Assembly: GCA_016748015.1 (NCBI GenBank)
Contig: JAAOMT010000129.1
Coordinates: 744,001 to 808,000 of the forward strand
Origin: Geosiphon pyriformis uo1
Taxonomy: Eukaryota > Fungi > Glomeromycota
Length of the DNA: 64,000 bases
Direction of reading: 5' to 3'
Both the position numbers and the translations under genes were made by a program. The notes under the pieces were generated by a model that saw only the letters and a list, made by a program, of their open reading frames with translations, had not been told where the DNA came from and did no database searches. This document shows, one piece after another, positions 62,480 through 64,000 of the stretch; position 1 is the first letter of the stretch, and each line of letters starts with the position of its first letter.

Positions 62480-64000
62480 AAAGATAGTAAAAAAATCTTT
62501 CTCTCGTTGATCCCCTGGCTATGACGAGAACATATATTTTGTTAATAGAATAGCTTTTTTTTTTCTCTTTCTCCTCTTTAGCTTGCAGTTATTTTTCACA
62601 ATATGCTACTCTTTGTTGCAATAAAACTGGCAAGCTCATCTGCTGGTGGTTCTGGTTCTGGATTGACTGGGTTGGGGACCCAGTCTGGGGTCAAGAAAAA
62701 AGTGTGAGTTGAAAGTGTCTACTCTTGTGGTCCATTATATAAGAAACTTAGAAAACCTGACATTGCTGGTAGAATTGTGGACTTATCTGCTGGCCCTCTA
62801 TCTACTGCTCTGTTATATTTGGGCAATGAAGAATGTAAGGTATCATGGAAAAGTGAAGTTGAGAATGACAAATTCAGCATAAGTGGTATGTTAGATATAA
62901 AGAATATGGCAAACACAGTTGCCAAGGAAATGAGCTATGCGGAATTAAGAGAAAATGACGATATGAACATAACTACGCCAAGAAAAACCCAAACCCGAAC
63001 TTACATGCTGAGCAATCCTTTAAAAGCTCCAATGTTTGACATTATAAGTGATGATGAAAATGCGTTGAGTTTTCCATTGCCAAAGTTTATTAATTCCAAT
63101 CAGCTGCCGTCTGTTAGGTCACGTGTCCTGGAAAAATGGAGCTTCGAGCCAGTAAAATCATTTGCTTTGGATGTGGAATTGCCTGCTGTACCTGAAAAAA
63201 CTAGTAGTGATAAATTAATTTCTATCAAGAGAATTTTTTATCATGTGAATGGTTTTGGGAGAGCTTCTACTTCCTTAAAATTTCCAAAGATCATCAGATC
63301 CTCCTTTACTTCTGAGCTGAGTCTAAATATGGCTAAAGAATTGGCAGTTAGGGAAAAAATTTTAGTCAATAATATGATTAGGAAACCAAACAGCCATTCG
63401 AATTAGAAAGTAATAATCAAAGAGATTCCAGTAGATCTTTTCAAATTAGCAGTTGAATCAGTTTTTTCTAAATTTGGTAAGATTGTATTAATTAAAATAC
63501 AGTTGATTGGTTTATGACAGAAAGCTTTGGTGGAGTTTGAATCTCCTGAGATTGTTAACTTTGTTGCTTCCAAATGGTCAGTTCTCATGGGTAAGGACTC
63601 TGTGCAGGTGGCTTTGGCAATTAATGACAAACAATTATGAATTTTGAGGGATCAACATCAGGCTTTGTTGTACACATTACTAGTTAGCACAACTGCTCAT
63701 AATTTGTTTGGTCTGCTGGAATCATATGATGGAAGAACTTGTTTCATTGGCTGTAATCCTAGTTTGTATGTTCATGACAGATGTGCTGTGATTTGTTTCG
63801 AGAATGAAACATCCAAATTGGCTGCTATTGATTTTGTTCTTGTTTTTAAAGATGTGAATCTATGCTGGACTAATCTTTTTTTGGCATGTTGTGCCAAGTG
63901 CGAACAATTTGGTCATACTTCTGAAGTGTGTTTGGTTGGTGAGAATTCTGGAGTTCATGAGAAACAGGTGATGACTGATCAGGATTAAGTTTATTTGGCA
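62480..64000 (+). mobile_element. LINE copy 4, 5' UTR and ORF1; runs off the window
   Basis: ORF1 homologous to copies 1 and 2 (KSFALDVEL, VNGFGRAST, IIRSSFTSE, KEIPVDL, CAKCEQFGH knuckle). Confidence 0.9.

Overview
AT-rich, repeat-dominated eukaryotic DNA with short (about 60-95 nt) spliceosomal introns. It is most consistent with an early-diverging fungus (Mucoromycota/Glomeromycotina-like; the organism call is inference). Two CpG-retaining gene islands sit among CpG-depleted, transition-riddled transposon relics. Island 1 (about 9.4-16.1 kb) holds a 25-exon telomerase reverse transcriptase gene (minus, 9450-15195, about 1288 aa by my manual splicing). Its first about 150 aa look like an Est3/TPP1 OB-fold joined in frame to the TERT TEN domain, a candidate natural Est3/TPP1-TERT fusion and the top finding. 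Island 2 (about 31.4-35.7 kb) holds an 8-exon 6-phosphogluconate dehydrogenase gene and, divergently upstream, a frameshifted Fanzor2/IS607-TnpB-like nuclease relic that the ORF track fragments. The rest comprises four RNase H-type LINE copies, an ORF1-only (HAL1-like) LINE derivative, a full-length dUTPase-carrying Gypsy element nested in a non-autonomous LTR element nested in a LINE, solo LTRs with 4-bp TSDs, a decayed hAT with an 8-bp TSD, and an unclassified AT-rich dispersed repeat. All calls come from manual reading and translation; no searches were run.
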